Source of the DNA: Desulfobacterales bacterium
Lineage (GTDB): Bacteria > Desulfobacterota > Desulfobacteria > Desulfobacterales > UBA5852
Reading direction: 5' to 3'
DNA length: 46,415 nt
Assembly (NCBI GenBank): GCA_030065275.1
Contig: JASJCV010000007.1
Coordinates: forward strand, 1-46,415
How positions within the stretch are numbered: the first letter of the stretch is position 1; every line of letters begins with the position of its first letter. The notes beneath the pieces are model-generated. The model made no database searches. It was given only the letters and a program-made list of their open reading frames with translations, and was not told the origin of the DNA. The translations under genes were made by a program, and so were the position numbers. Positions 35,645 through 44,211 of this stretch are shown here, in pieces.

Positions 35645-38600
35645 ATGATCCGCTCCAAAGCGCTGGAAGTCAATATCGCCGATCATCATGTCGAAGTGGA
35701 GATCGACAGCCGCTTCGAGGTGCTGCAGCGCGTCATGGCGCCCTACTTCGGCTTGCAGGAAGGGCTGACCACTTTTCTGAAAGAGCTTTCGCACCCTTAC
35801 AAGAACTGGCATTTTATCGTCAAGGAAGCGCGGGTCTACTCGCTGGACTATTTTCATCTGCTCAAAACCCACGACGACGGGCCGGACGCCGCCTGGCTGT
35901 TTGCGGACATCTATCTGCGCGCCATCGAATCCACCAACAGCGGGGAGGTGCGCGCCGATGCCGCAGACAATCTGCTTCTGTTCCTGATCAAGATTCTGAA
36001 AGATGCCGGTGAGACGATCGAACGTTTCGTGCCGCCGCTGGATCAGAGCTTTGCCTATCTTCAACGCTGCGAATCCCGTATCTTCGCCCTCTTTCTGAAA
36101 AGCTATTACCAACTCAACCGCCTGGGAGAGGCGGTCCAGACCAGCACCAACGGTGACGCGGCGCACTTCGAGCATTTGAATCACCTGCTGATCCGCTTTT
36201 ATCGGTCGACCTACGACTACTGGCTGGGCGAGGAGGACCCTCAGCAGTGGTTCGAAAAGGAGGCGGGCGATTTCAAGCCGGACGCGCCCCTGGAGGCGAT
36301 TTTTGAAACCATTTCGCATGCCGCCCTGAAGCGGCACGCCCGGCGGCTGGATGAAATCCTCGCGCGCGAAAAACAAGGGGCACCCGATATCCTCGCGGCC
36401 CTGCTCGCTCTGCCCGGCTTCAACCAGATCGTCACCAGCCATCGGGAAATACCCGGAAAGCTGTTGGCCATCGACCCGGACGGCGGCCGCGGCAATCTCT
36501 ACCGCCTGTTGTTTCTCTTCTACCAAATGAACCTTTCGGGACTTTCGATCATTCACGAGGAGGCCCTGCGCGATATCAACCGCACCCTGACCTGGATCAT
36601 CGAGAACGAAAAGCCCTGGAACATCCGCAAGCTGATTGGCAAGACCTTTTCGATTCTGAAAGCGCGGGCATCCGTTTTCCCGACCACCGCCCTGAACTGC
36701 GTGCTCAACATGGGCAAGGGGGTTTACCGCACCCAGGACATCGATTTCATCAATTTTTTCATCGATCGCGTCATCGAACTCGGGTTTCAGGCACCCAATA
36801 TCGGCGGTGTCGGCAACGACTGGCAGATCAAAGTCAACAGCGCCCACCTGCAGAATATCCGCACTTGGCTCGAATTGATCGAGCTGAGCCCCAAACACTC
36901 CACGCGACTGATGTCCTATTTGATTATCCACATCTCCCTGTGCGGTGTCTTTATCAAGGATACGGATCTATTCCCACGGGACATCACCCGTTTTTTAAAC
37001 AGCGGCGTCGAGCCGGTCTACAACATCGCCAAGCAGCTGGCGCGGCTTTTTCCAGTCTACTTCAACGACATCGGCGCCGAGGGACGTCTGCGGGACATTT
37101 CCACCCAACTGGATGAAATCAATCACCGCAAGGACGTCTTGCTGCATTTTCTGCGCAAACAATGCCATGTCGAAAGCAGCAATCGCATCATTAACTTCAT
37201 GGAGTCCGTGCTTCACTTCTGGCAAACCCGCGAGATCGATCCCCTGCTGACCTACCTGCCCCCCAATATTTTCAGCCAGATCGAACCCCAGGGGCAATAT
37301 ATCGACGGCGTACACGCGGTGATGCAACGCCTGCGGGCGGAAGGTCTGGAGCAGTTGGACCAGTTGCTGCACGCCGACGCCGATACGTTCGAGCGAACGC
37401 TGGACACGTTCGCCGACCTGCCATCCGTGGATTGCCAGCGGGTGCTTTTGGCCGTGCGCCTCTACAAGCTCCTGAACCAGAAATACAAGATCGGGTTCAC
37501 CGAACTGGCCGGCTATATCGCCCAGCTCAAGACCGAGGGCTTTCCCGAACTGGACGAACTGGAAGCGATGCTGGAAGAACCCCGGACACATGCCAAGCTG
37601 GAGCGGCTGCTGGGCTTCGAAGAAAAACTCAAGCGCATCGTGCTGGCCTCGGAGGTCTTCGAGATCCGGGAAGATATCTACAAAAAGCGTCATTTCACCA
37701 TCGATATCCCGTCGATGTACGGCAGTTACCACGAGATGAAATTCAACGCCCTGGGGCTGAGTTTTCGGCTCGAGGCCCTCACCAACGTCTTGCTCGAGAA
37801 ACTGATTCATCGCATCGATCTGAATCTGATCACGCGGGCCACGTTCTACCATATCTACGACCTGCTGCTGCTGTTCAACCGGGCGCTGCGGTTGGATGGC
37901 ATTTCTTCCAAGGAGTTCGAGCGTCAGCTGGAGATGCTTTCCCATGCCCTGGAGGCCAGGGGGTTTACATTCACCCAGTACCTCGACATTTTCAAAGGCT
38001 TTGCCCGGGCCGTCAAGAATATCATCAGTGATTACTTCCACAATATTCACGAGGAGAACCTCAATCGCATCATTGCGCGGACGCCGCCCCAGCACCTGCT
38101 GCCCAAATATCAGCCGGCCGAGGACGAACCGCACGACGAGCGCATGCTTCACCGCCTGTCCGAAATCTTCTTCCGTGACCTGATTTCCCTGGCCCTGGGA
38201 TTGCGGCAACTGGATTTGTTTCTGAGCCGGATTCTGAACACGCTCTTCCACCAGTCGGCCCAGATCCCCAAAAGCAGTCTGCACAGCCTGCTGAACTACG
38301 ATCCCCAGCGGGCGATGACCTCGCTCGTGGCCCCCAACCCCAAAGTGGACGGCATCAACTTCCTGGGCAACAAGGGGCTCAACATGATGAAGCTCAAAAG
38401 CTTCGGATTCCCGGTGCCGCCCGGCTTCATCGTGACCACCGAGGTCTTTCGCTGCCGCGAGGTCATCGAATCCTATGCCGCCGCCGAAGAGAACTTTCGC
38501 GACCAGATCGCACAGAACATCGGCATTCTCGAGAAGTACACCGGCAAGCAATACGGCGACCCCCGCAACCCCCTGATGCTCTCCGTGCGCAGCGGCTCCT

Positions 38601-39823
38601 CCATATCCCAGCCCGGCATGATGGACACCTTCCTGGACGTGGGCATGAACGAGGCCATTGCCGAGGGGCTGGGGGCGCGGGCGGACAACGCCTGGTTCGC
38701 CTGGGACAACTACCGGCGTTTTCTGCAGTGCTGGGGCATGTCTTTCGATCTGGAGCGCAACGACTTCGATGCCATCATCAGCGATTTCAAAATACGCCAC
38801 GGGATACCCCTGAAGCGGGGCTTCAGCGGTGAGCAGATGAAACAGGTGGCGCTGGCCTACAAGGAGATGGTGCGCTCGGCCGGCATCGAAGTCCCGGAAG
38901 ATCCCTTCGAGCAGCTGGTGCTGACCATCATGCGGGTCCTGGAATCCTGGGAGTCGGCCAAGGCCAAGACCTACCGCAAGATCATGGGGATCTCGGATGA
39001 CTGGGGTACGGCCGTCACGATCCAGCAGATGGTCTTCGGCAACATCTCCCAGAATTCAGGCTCGGGGGTGATATTTACGCACAATCCCCGCTGGTCGGGC
39101 GATACGCTCAGGCTGTGGGGCGACTTCACGATCGAGAACCAGGGCGAAGACGTGGTTTCGGGCCTGGTGACCACCCTGCCGATATCCGTGATTCAGCAGG
39201 AAACGGAGATGCGGGACACGGATATTACGCTGGAAACGCATTTCCCCGAGGTTTACGCGACCCTGAAGCGCTTCGCCCAGGACATCGTCTATCACCGCGG
39301 GTGGAGCCCCCAGGAGATGGAGTTTACCTTCGAGGGGGCGGCCGCCAGCGATCTCTATCTTCTGCAGAGCCGCAACATGGCCATTCGCGAACGCAAGAAA
39401 TACATGACGTTCGACCACCAGGACCTGATGGAGCGCAAACCCATCGGCCACGGTATCGGCGTCAGCGGCGGGGCCATGAACGGCCGCCTGGTCTTCACCC
39501 TGGATGAGATCGACCGCTGGCGCAGCCGGGAGCCCGACACGGCCCTCATCCTGGCGCGGGCCGACACGGTGCCGGACGATATTCGCGAGATCTACGCCGC
39601 CGACGGTCTGCTCACCGCCCGGGGGGGGTTGACGTCGCATGCCGCCGTGGTGGCCCATCGCCTGGGCCGCACCGGTGTCGTGGGTTGCGGGGAGCTCGTG
39701 TGCAATGAGAAGGAGAAGACCTGCCGGTTCGATGACATCGTGGTTGAATCCGGGGACTTCATCAGCATCGACGGACAAGAGGGGACGGTTTACAGCGGGC
39801 GCGTGAAGGTGAAAGAGGCCTGA
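35645..39823 (+). CDS. Giant PPDK-like dikinase: ~895-aa unrecognised N-terminal region plus PPDK-type ATP-grasp domain plus phospho-histidine swivel domain; no PEP/pyruvate TIM-barrel domain
   Basis: The C-terminal ~500 aa (about 38340-39823) carry these PPDK-type motifs: FLGNKGLNMMKL..GFPVPPGFIVTTEVF, NPLMLSVRSGSSISQPGMMDTFLDVGMN, DDWGTAVTIQQMVFGN, GSGVIFTHNP, NQGEDVVSGLVT and MEFTFE...LYLLQSRN. The catalytic loop is LTARGGLTSHAAVVAHRLG (His codon 39638-39640). The ORF ends 60 aa later. I chose the start at ATG 35645 after AGGAGGAGGGG. The track ORF starts at 35618. Confidence 0.8.
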   Translation: MIRSKALEVNIADHHVEVEIDSRFEVLQRVMAPYFGLQEGLTTFLKELSHPYKNWHFIVKEARVYSLDYFHLLKTHDDGPDAAWLFADIYLRAIESTNSGEVRADAADNLLLFLIKILKDAGETIERFVPPLDQSFAYLQRCESRIFALFLKSYYQLNRLGEAVQTSTNGDAAHFEHLNHLLIRFYRSTYDYWLGEEDPQQWFEKEAGDFKPDAPLEAIFETISHAALKRHARRLDEILAREKQGAPDILAALLALPGFNQIVTSHREIPGKLLAIDPDGGRGNLYRLLFLFYQMNLSGLSIIHEEALRDINRTLTWIIENEKPWNIRKLIGKTFSILKARASVFPTTALNCVLNMGKGVYRTQDIDFINFFIDRVIELGFQAPNIGGVGNDWQIKVNSAHLQNIRTWLELIELSPKHSTRLMSYLIIHISLCGVFIKDTDLFPRDITRFLNSGVEPVYNIAKQLARLFPVYFNDIGAEGRLRDISTQLDEINHRKDVLLHFLRKQCHVESSNRIINFMESVLHFWQTREIDPLLTYLPPNIFSQIEPQGQYIDGVHAVMQRLRAEGLEQLDQLLHADADTFERTLDTFADLPSVDCQRVLLAVRLYKLLNQKYKIGFTELAGYIAQLKTEGFPELDELEAMLEEPRTHAKLERLLGFEEKLKRIVLASEVFEIREDIYKKRHFTIDIPSMYGSYHEMKFNALGLSFRLEALTNVLLEKLIHRIDLNLITRATFYHIYDLLLLFNRALRLDGISSKEFERQLEMLSHALEARGFTFTQYLDIFKGFARAVKNIISDYFHNIHEENLNRIIARTPPQHLLPKYQPAEDEPHDERMLHRLSEIFFRDLISLALGLRQLDLFLSRILNTLFHQSAQIPKSSLHSLLNYDPQRAMTSLVAPNPKVDGINFLGNKGLNMMKLKSFGFPVPPGFIVTTEVFRCREVIESYAAAEENFRDQIAQNIGILEKYTGKQYGDPRNPLMLSVRSGSSISQPGMMDTFLDVGMNEAIAEGLGARADNAWFAWDNYRRFLQCWGMSFDLERNDFDAIISDFKIRHGIPLKRGFSGEQMKQVALAYKEMVRSAGIEVPEDPFEQLVLTIMRVLESWESAKAKTYRKIMGISDDWGTAVTIQQMVFGNISQNSGSGVIFTHNPRWSGDTLRLWGDFTIENQGEDVVSGLVTTLPISVIQQETEMRDTDITLETHFPEVYATLKRFAQDIVYHRGWSPQEMEFTFEGAAASDLYLLQSRNMAIRERKKYMTFDHQDLMERKPIGHGIGVSGGAMNGRLVFTLDEIDRWRSREPDTALILARADTVPDDIREIYAADGLLTARGGLTSHAAVVAHRLGRTGVVGCGELVCNEKEKTCRFDDIVVESGDFISIDGQEGTVYSGRVKVKEA

Positions 39824-39944
39824 CCGCCGTCACAGGCTCCGCAGCGGCGAGAAACGTGCCGCTCAACCGTCGCCGCCGGCTGCGGCGCCATAGATGCAGG
39901 GCCTGCAGTGCGTATCGAACGAATTCAAACAGGGGAGAGCATCC

Positions 39945-41210
39945 ATGCAACATCCGGCAACGCCTGGTGCGGGCCAAACGCTCGGGGTCAATGGGTTCGG
40001 CCGTATCGGCAAGCTTACCGTCTGGCATCACATCGCCCGCAAATACTTTCAGGAAATCGTGGTCAACATCGGCCGCGAGGCCGGGCAGTCCATGGCCGAC
40101 ATTGCCCATTACCTCGAGCGGGACTCATCCTACGGCATGCTACCGCAATATCTTTACGGCCACCGGGCCAAGCCGGTGATCACCGCTGTGGACGAGGCCG
40201 CCAACGCCCTGAACGTCGACGGGGTCACCGTTCGATTTCTCAAGGATCATCGCCGTCCGGCCGAGATCCAATGGCGGGCCAACAACGTCACCCTGGTGGT
40301 CGACACCACCGGGCGCTTCCTCGATCCCACCCTCCCCGGAAATGATCCGGCCGGCGCCCTGCGCGGCCATCTCGACGCCGGGGCCGAAAAGGTCATCGCC
40401 TCGGCGCCCTTCAAGATCAAGGACAAGGGCCAGGCCATGCCGGAGGATGCCGTGACGACCGTTATGGGGATCAACGCCAACGACTACGACCCCCGCCGGC
40501 ACCGGTTGATCTCCAACGCCTCCTGTACGACCACCTGCCTGGCGCACATGGTGAAACCGCTGTTGAACCATTTCGGCCCCAAACGGATCCTTTCGGCCTC
40601 CATGGCCACGGTGCACGCCGCCACCGGCTCCCAGGCCGTGCTGGACCGCCTGCCCAAATCCGGGGTCAAGGATCTGCGCAAGAACCGCAGCATCATGAAC
40701 AACATCATCCTCACCACGACCGGGGCGGCCAATGCCCTGCGGCTGGTCATACCGGAAATGGAGGAGATCGGGTTCATCGCCGAATCCGTGCGTATTCCCA
40801 CGGCTACCGGCTCGCTGATCATTCTGGTGCTCGATCTCCAGGAAGAACTTGAAGGCGACCCCATTCGAAGGGGTGTGATCAATGCCATTTACAGTCAGGC
40901 GGCCGAAATGGACCCCAACGGCTACCTGCATTTCACCGAAAAGCAGAACGTTTCGGGCGATATCGTCGGATTTCCGCGCGCCGCCACCATCATCGAAGGG
41001 CATGAAACCCACACCCGCACGGCCGAGGTCACGCTGGACCTCGGTCGCATTCCCGGCCTGCCGGACGACGTGCGTGCCGGCCTTCAGGACCGCGTCTACC
41101 GGATACCCATCACCCAGGCGGTGATTTACGGTTGGTACGACAACGAAATGGGCAGCTACGTGAACATGCTGGGTGATCGCACGGTCAGCGTGGCCGAGGA
41201 CATGGCCTAG
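39945..41210 (+). CDS. Divergent long-form glyceraldehyde-3-phosphate dehydrogenase-like protein (~421 aa)
   Basis: GVNGFGRIGKL Rossmann start, IAHYLERDSSYG, catalytic SNASCTTTCLAHMVKPL, ATVHAATGSQ and WYDNEMGSY. It is about 85 aa longer than canonical GapA. I chose the start at MQHPATPGAG after GGGGAGAG. The track ORF starts at 39894. Confidence 0.8.
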   Translation: MQHPATPGAGQTLGVNGFGRIGKLTVWHHIARKYFQEIVVNIGREAGQSMADIAHYLERDSSYGMLPQYLYGHRAKPVITAVDEAANALNVDGVTVRFLKDHRRPAEIQWRANNVTLVVDTTGRFLDPTLPGNDPAGALRGHLDAGAEKVIASAPFKIKDKGQAMPEDAVTTVMGINANDYDPRRHRLISNASCTTTCLAHMVKPLLNHFGPKRILSASMATVHAATGSQAVLDRLPKSGVKDLRKNRSIMNNIILTTTGAANALRLVIPEMEEIGFIAESVRIPTATGSLIILVLDLQEELEGDPIRRGVINAIYSQAAEMDPNGYLHFTEKQNVSGDIVGFPRAATIIEGHETHTRTAEVTLDLGRIPGLPDDVRAGLQDRVYRIPITQAVIYGWYDNEMGSYVNMLGDRTVSVAEDMA

Positions 41211-41220
41211 CGGACCCGGA

Positions 41221-42144
41221 TTAGATCGATCCCCCTGCCGGCAGGGCGACCGACAGAACTGCGCATTCGGCATGGCGGATGACCCGGTCGGTGGTCGAGC
41301 CGATGAACATGGTGTCGAGCATGCCGTGTCCCCTCGATCCCAACACGATCAGGTCGATGGCCGCCTGCCGGGCGTATGCCCGCAGTTCGTCATAAGGCCG
41401 CCCCTCGCGCAGCTCTGTCGTCGTCTGGCACCAGTGGCGGGCATCTGCAGGGATCAGGGTGTCGATTTTTTCCTGAATGAAGGTTTTGATGGCGGCCGTC
41501 GAGGAACGCCGGTGTTCAAGCACCGGTTTGAGCAACTCGGTGTAGGTCGGCATTTCAATGACGTGGACGAGGTGCAGTTCGGCTTCGAATTCCTGGGCCA
41601 GGCTGAGGGCGTGCTGCAAGGCCAGCTCGGCGTCGGGGCTGAAATCGCATCCGACCAGGATGCGCTTGAAGTGCCACGCGGCGGAGGTTGACGCCTGGTG
41701 GGCGTCCGGCGGCCCCCCGCGAATAACCAGCAGAGGGCATGCAAGGGTGCGCATCAGTTTTTCGGTGACGGACCCCAGCAGCAGACGCTTCAGTCCCCTG
41801 CGGCCGTGGGTGGCGGCCACCACCAGATGGGCCCCGTCCTCGCGGGCGATGCGGTTGATTTCATCGGCGGGTTGGCCCACGCAGATTCGCGGCTCCCACG
41901 GCACCGCCTGATCGGCCATGGCGGCATCGATGTGTTCGCGGGCGTATTCGAGGTTGCGATTCAAATGCTCTTCCGGCGCCAAATAGGCTTCGCCGTACAT
42001 GGAGGGGGTCGGAAGATCGACGACGTGGCAGACGAGCAATCGCGATTCGAATTCCCGCGCCAGGGCGACGCTGTGTTGGAGGGTCAGGTGAGCGTTGTCG
42101 GAAAGGTCGGTGGCGCAGACGATGGTTTGATACTGAATTCGCAT
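41221..42144 (-). CDS. Tandem-domain universal stress protein
   Basis: Two USP repeats, each ending in a G-x2-G-x9-G(S/T) block (AATHGRRGLKRLLLGSVTEKLM and LGSRGHGMLDTMFIGSTTDRVI). 307 aa. Confidence 0.85.
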   Translation of the reverse strand: MRIQYQTIVCATDLSDNAHLTLQHSVALAREFESRLLVCHVVDLPTPSMYGEAYLAPEEHLNRNLEYAREHIDAAMADQAVPWEPRICVGQPADEINRIAREDGAHLVVAATHGRRGLKRLLLGSVTEKLMRTLACPLLVIRGGPPDAHQASTSAAWHFKRILVGCDFSPDAELALQHALSLAQEFEAELHLVHVIEMPTYTELLKPVLEHRRSSTAAIKTFIQEKIDTLIPADARHWCQTTTELREGRPYDELRAYARQAAIDLIVLGSRGHGMLDTMFIGSTTDRVIRHAECAVLSVALPAGGSI

Positions 42145-42334
42145 CCGGACCTCCTTGGTAAAAGGTGGTTGGATGGTGCCCCGCCCGCCCGCGGGATTTC
42201 ATTGTCAACGCTTGCAGACCGACGTTCAGGCACGCTGCGTATCATCTAAAACATAAGAAGAGACCTGGGGGACTGTCAAATGCGAAATTGAAGGTAGCAG
42301 GCAGGCCGGACAGCCGACAACCCCGCTTAAGCCA

Positions 42335-42363
42335 TTGACACACTTTGTCCCGCAGGGCATTCT
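42335..42363 (+). promoter_or_regulatory. Candidate sigma-70 promoter TTGACA-N17-CATTCT upstream of the CoADR-rhodanese gene
   Basis: Perfect -35 hexamer at 42335-42340 and a weak -10 at 42358-42363, about 120 nt upstream of the ATG. Pattern match only. Confidence 0.3.
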
Positions 42364-42480
42364 GAGCGCTTCTGTGGCCCGGCCGAACTTCGGGGTGCGC
42401 CGGTTACCGTTGTTGAAGGTCATCTCAGCGTTGCATGCAGAAGAATATCTCAAGAGACACGAGTGGAAAGGAAAAAAGTC

Positions 42481-44178
42481 ATGCCAGCGAGTTTGCGTGT
42501 TCTGATTGTCGGTGGTGTCGCCTGCGGTCCCAAGACAGCGGCCCGTCTGAAGCGCATCATGCCGGAAGCCGAAATCACCATGGTCGAAAAAGGGGCAATG
42601 GTATCCTACGGCGCCTGCGGCCTGCCCTATTATGTCGAAGGGACCTTCGCGAATATCAATGCCCTGACCCATACGCCGGCGGGGGTGTCGCGCACGCCGG
42701 ATTTCTTCCGGACCTGGAAAGGCTTTCAAACCCTGACCCGCACCGAGGCCATGGCCATCGATCGTGAAGCCAAACAGGTTCATGTTCGGTGCCTGGATAC
42801 CGTTGAGGAGAAAAAGCTGCCCTACGACAAACTTGTCCTGGCCACCGGTGGTGAGGCTTTTCGGCCCCCGATCCCCGGCATCGATCTGGAGCATGTCTGG
42901 TTCATGAGCCATCCGGACGACGCCGCCAGCCTGGTGGAGGTCGTCGAACAGAAGGGGCTTGAAAAGGCGGTCCTCGTAGGGGCCGGATTCATCGGCCTGG
43001 AAATGGCGGAAGCCCTGGTCAACAAGGGCCTGGATGTCACCATGGTGGAAATGATGGATCAGATCATGCCCGGTGTGATCGATGAAGATATCGCCCGCAT
43101 GTCCCAGATTCATCTGGAAGACAACGATGTCGAGCTCGTATTGGGAGAACGGGTGACGGCGCTCGAGGGCGACGGACAGGTCCGGCGCGTGGTCACCGAT
43201 CGCCAGTCCATCGAAGCCGATCTGGTGGTGATCGGCGTGGGCACCCGGCCCAACGACCGCCTGGCCCGGGAAGCCGGCCTGGACTGCGACGGGGGGGTCA
43301 TCGTCAACGCCAACGGTCAGACCAGCGATCCCGACATCTATGCCGGTGGGGACTGCGTGCGCAATCAATTTGTCCACCGCCTGGTGGACGAGCGCCTCTT
43401 CGTGCCGCTGGGCTCGACCGCCAATAAGCATGGCCGGGTGATCGCCAATCATATCGCCGGGCGGCCGACGCCCTTCAGCGGCATCGGCTGTTCCAGCATC
43501 GTGCGGGCGTTTGATTTCACCATCGGCCGCACCGGTGTCACCGAAACCATGGCCCGCCGTTTGAACATCGACTATGCGGTGACGACTTGGTCGGGTCAGG
43601 ACAAGCCGCATTACATGGAGGGCAGCCGCTTGTTCGCCATAAAAATGCTGGCCTCGCGGCGCGATCGCCAGGTGCTGGGGGTTCAGGTGGCCGGGACGGG
43701 TGACGGGGCCAAGCGGCTGGATGCGGCGGCCTGCGCCATTTATTTCGGGGCCACCCTGGACCAGTTGGCCGACGTCGATTTCGGCTACGCCCCGCCCTAC
43801 AGCCCGCCCATCGATCCGCTGGCGGTCTGCGCCCATGTCTTGACCAACAAACTCGATGGGCTGGCCGACGGTATCGGGCCGCTGCAGGCCAAGGCGCAGA
43901 TGGACGCCGGGGGCTGTCTGCTGCTGGATGTGCGTCTTGAGGACGAGGCCAAAATGGAGTGGATTCCCCATACCGACAGGGTTCACATCCCCCTGGGCCA
44001 ATTGCGTGAGCGCTTCAACGAATTGCCGCGCGACACGCCCATCCTGACGTACTGCAAGGTCAGCATGCGTGGTTACGAGGCCCAGCGGATATTGAACGCC
44101 GAGGGGTTTGACAACGTGCGCTTCATCGAGGGCGGGGTTGCCGCCTGGCCGTTCGAAACCGACATGCCCGGGCTGTGA
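42481..44178 (+). CDS. CoA-disulfide reductase / NADH-dependent persulfide reductase-type flavoprotein fused to a C-terminal rhodanese domain
   Basis: VLIVGGVACGPKTAARL (FAD GxGxxG), single redox Cys context VSYGACGLPYY, second Rossmann VLVGAGFIGLEMAE, and IYAGGDC. The C-terminal rhodanese domain has the active-site loop TYCKVSMRG. I chose the start at MPASLRV. The track ORF starts at 42463. Confidence 0.85.
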   Translation: MPASLRVLIVGGVACGPKTAARLKRIMPEAEITMVEKGAMVSYGACGLPYYVEGTFANINALTHTPAGVSRTPDFFRTWKGFQTLTRTEAMAIDREAKQVHVRCLDTVEEKKLPYDKLVLATGGEAFRPPIPGIDLEHVWFMSHPDDAASLVEVVEQKGLEKAVLVGAGFIGLEMAEALVNKGLDVTMVEMMDQIMPGVIDEDIARMSQIHLEDNDVELVLGERVTALEGDGQVRRVVTDRQSIEADLVVIGVGTRPNDRLAREAGLDCDGGVIVNANGQTSDPDIYAGGDCVRNQFVHRLVDERLFVPLGSTANKHGRVIANHIAGRPTPFSGIGCSSIVRAFDFTIGRTGVTETMARRLNIDYAVTTWSGQDKPHYMEGSRLFAIKMLASRRDRQVLGVQVAGTGDGAKRLDAAACAIYFGATLDQLADVDFGYAPPYSPPIDPLAVCAHVLTNKLDGLADGIGPLQAKAQMDAGGCLLLDVRLEDEAKMEWIPHTDRVHIPLGQLRERFNELPRDTPILTYCKVSMRGYEAQRILNAEGFDNVRFIEGGVAAWPFETDMPGL

Positions 44179-44211
44179 TGACCCTCTTGCCGGGGGAGGG
44201 AGGTATTGCGG

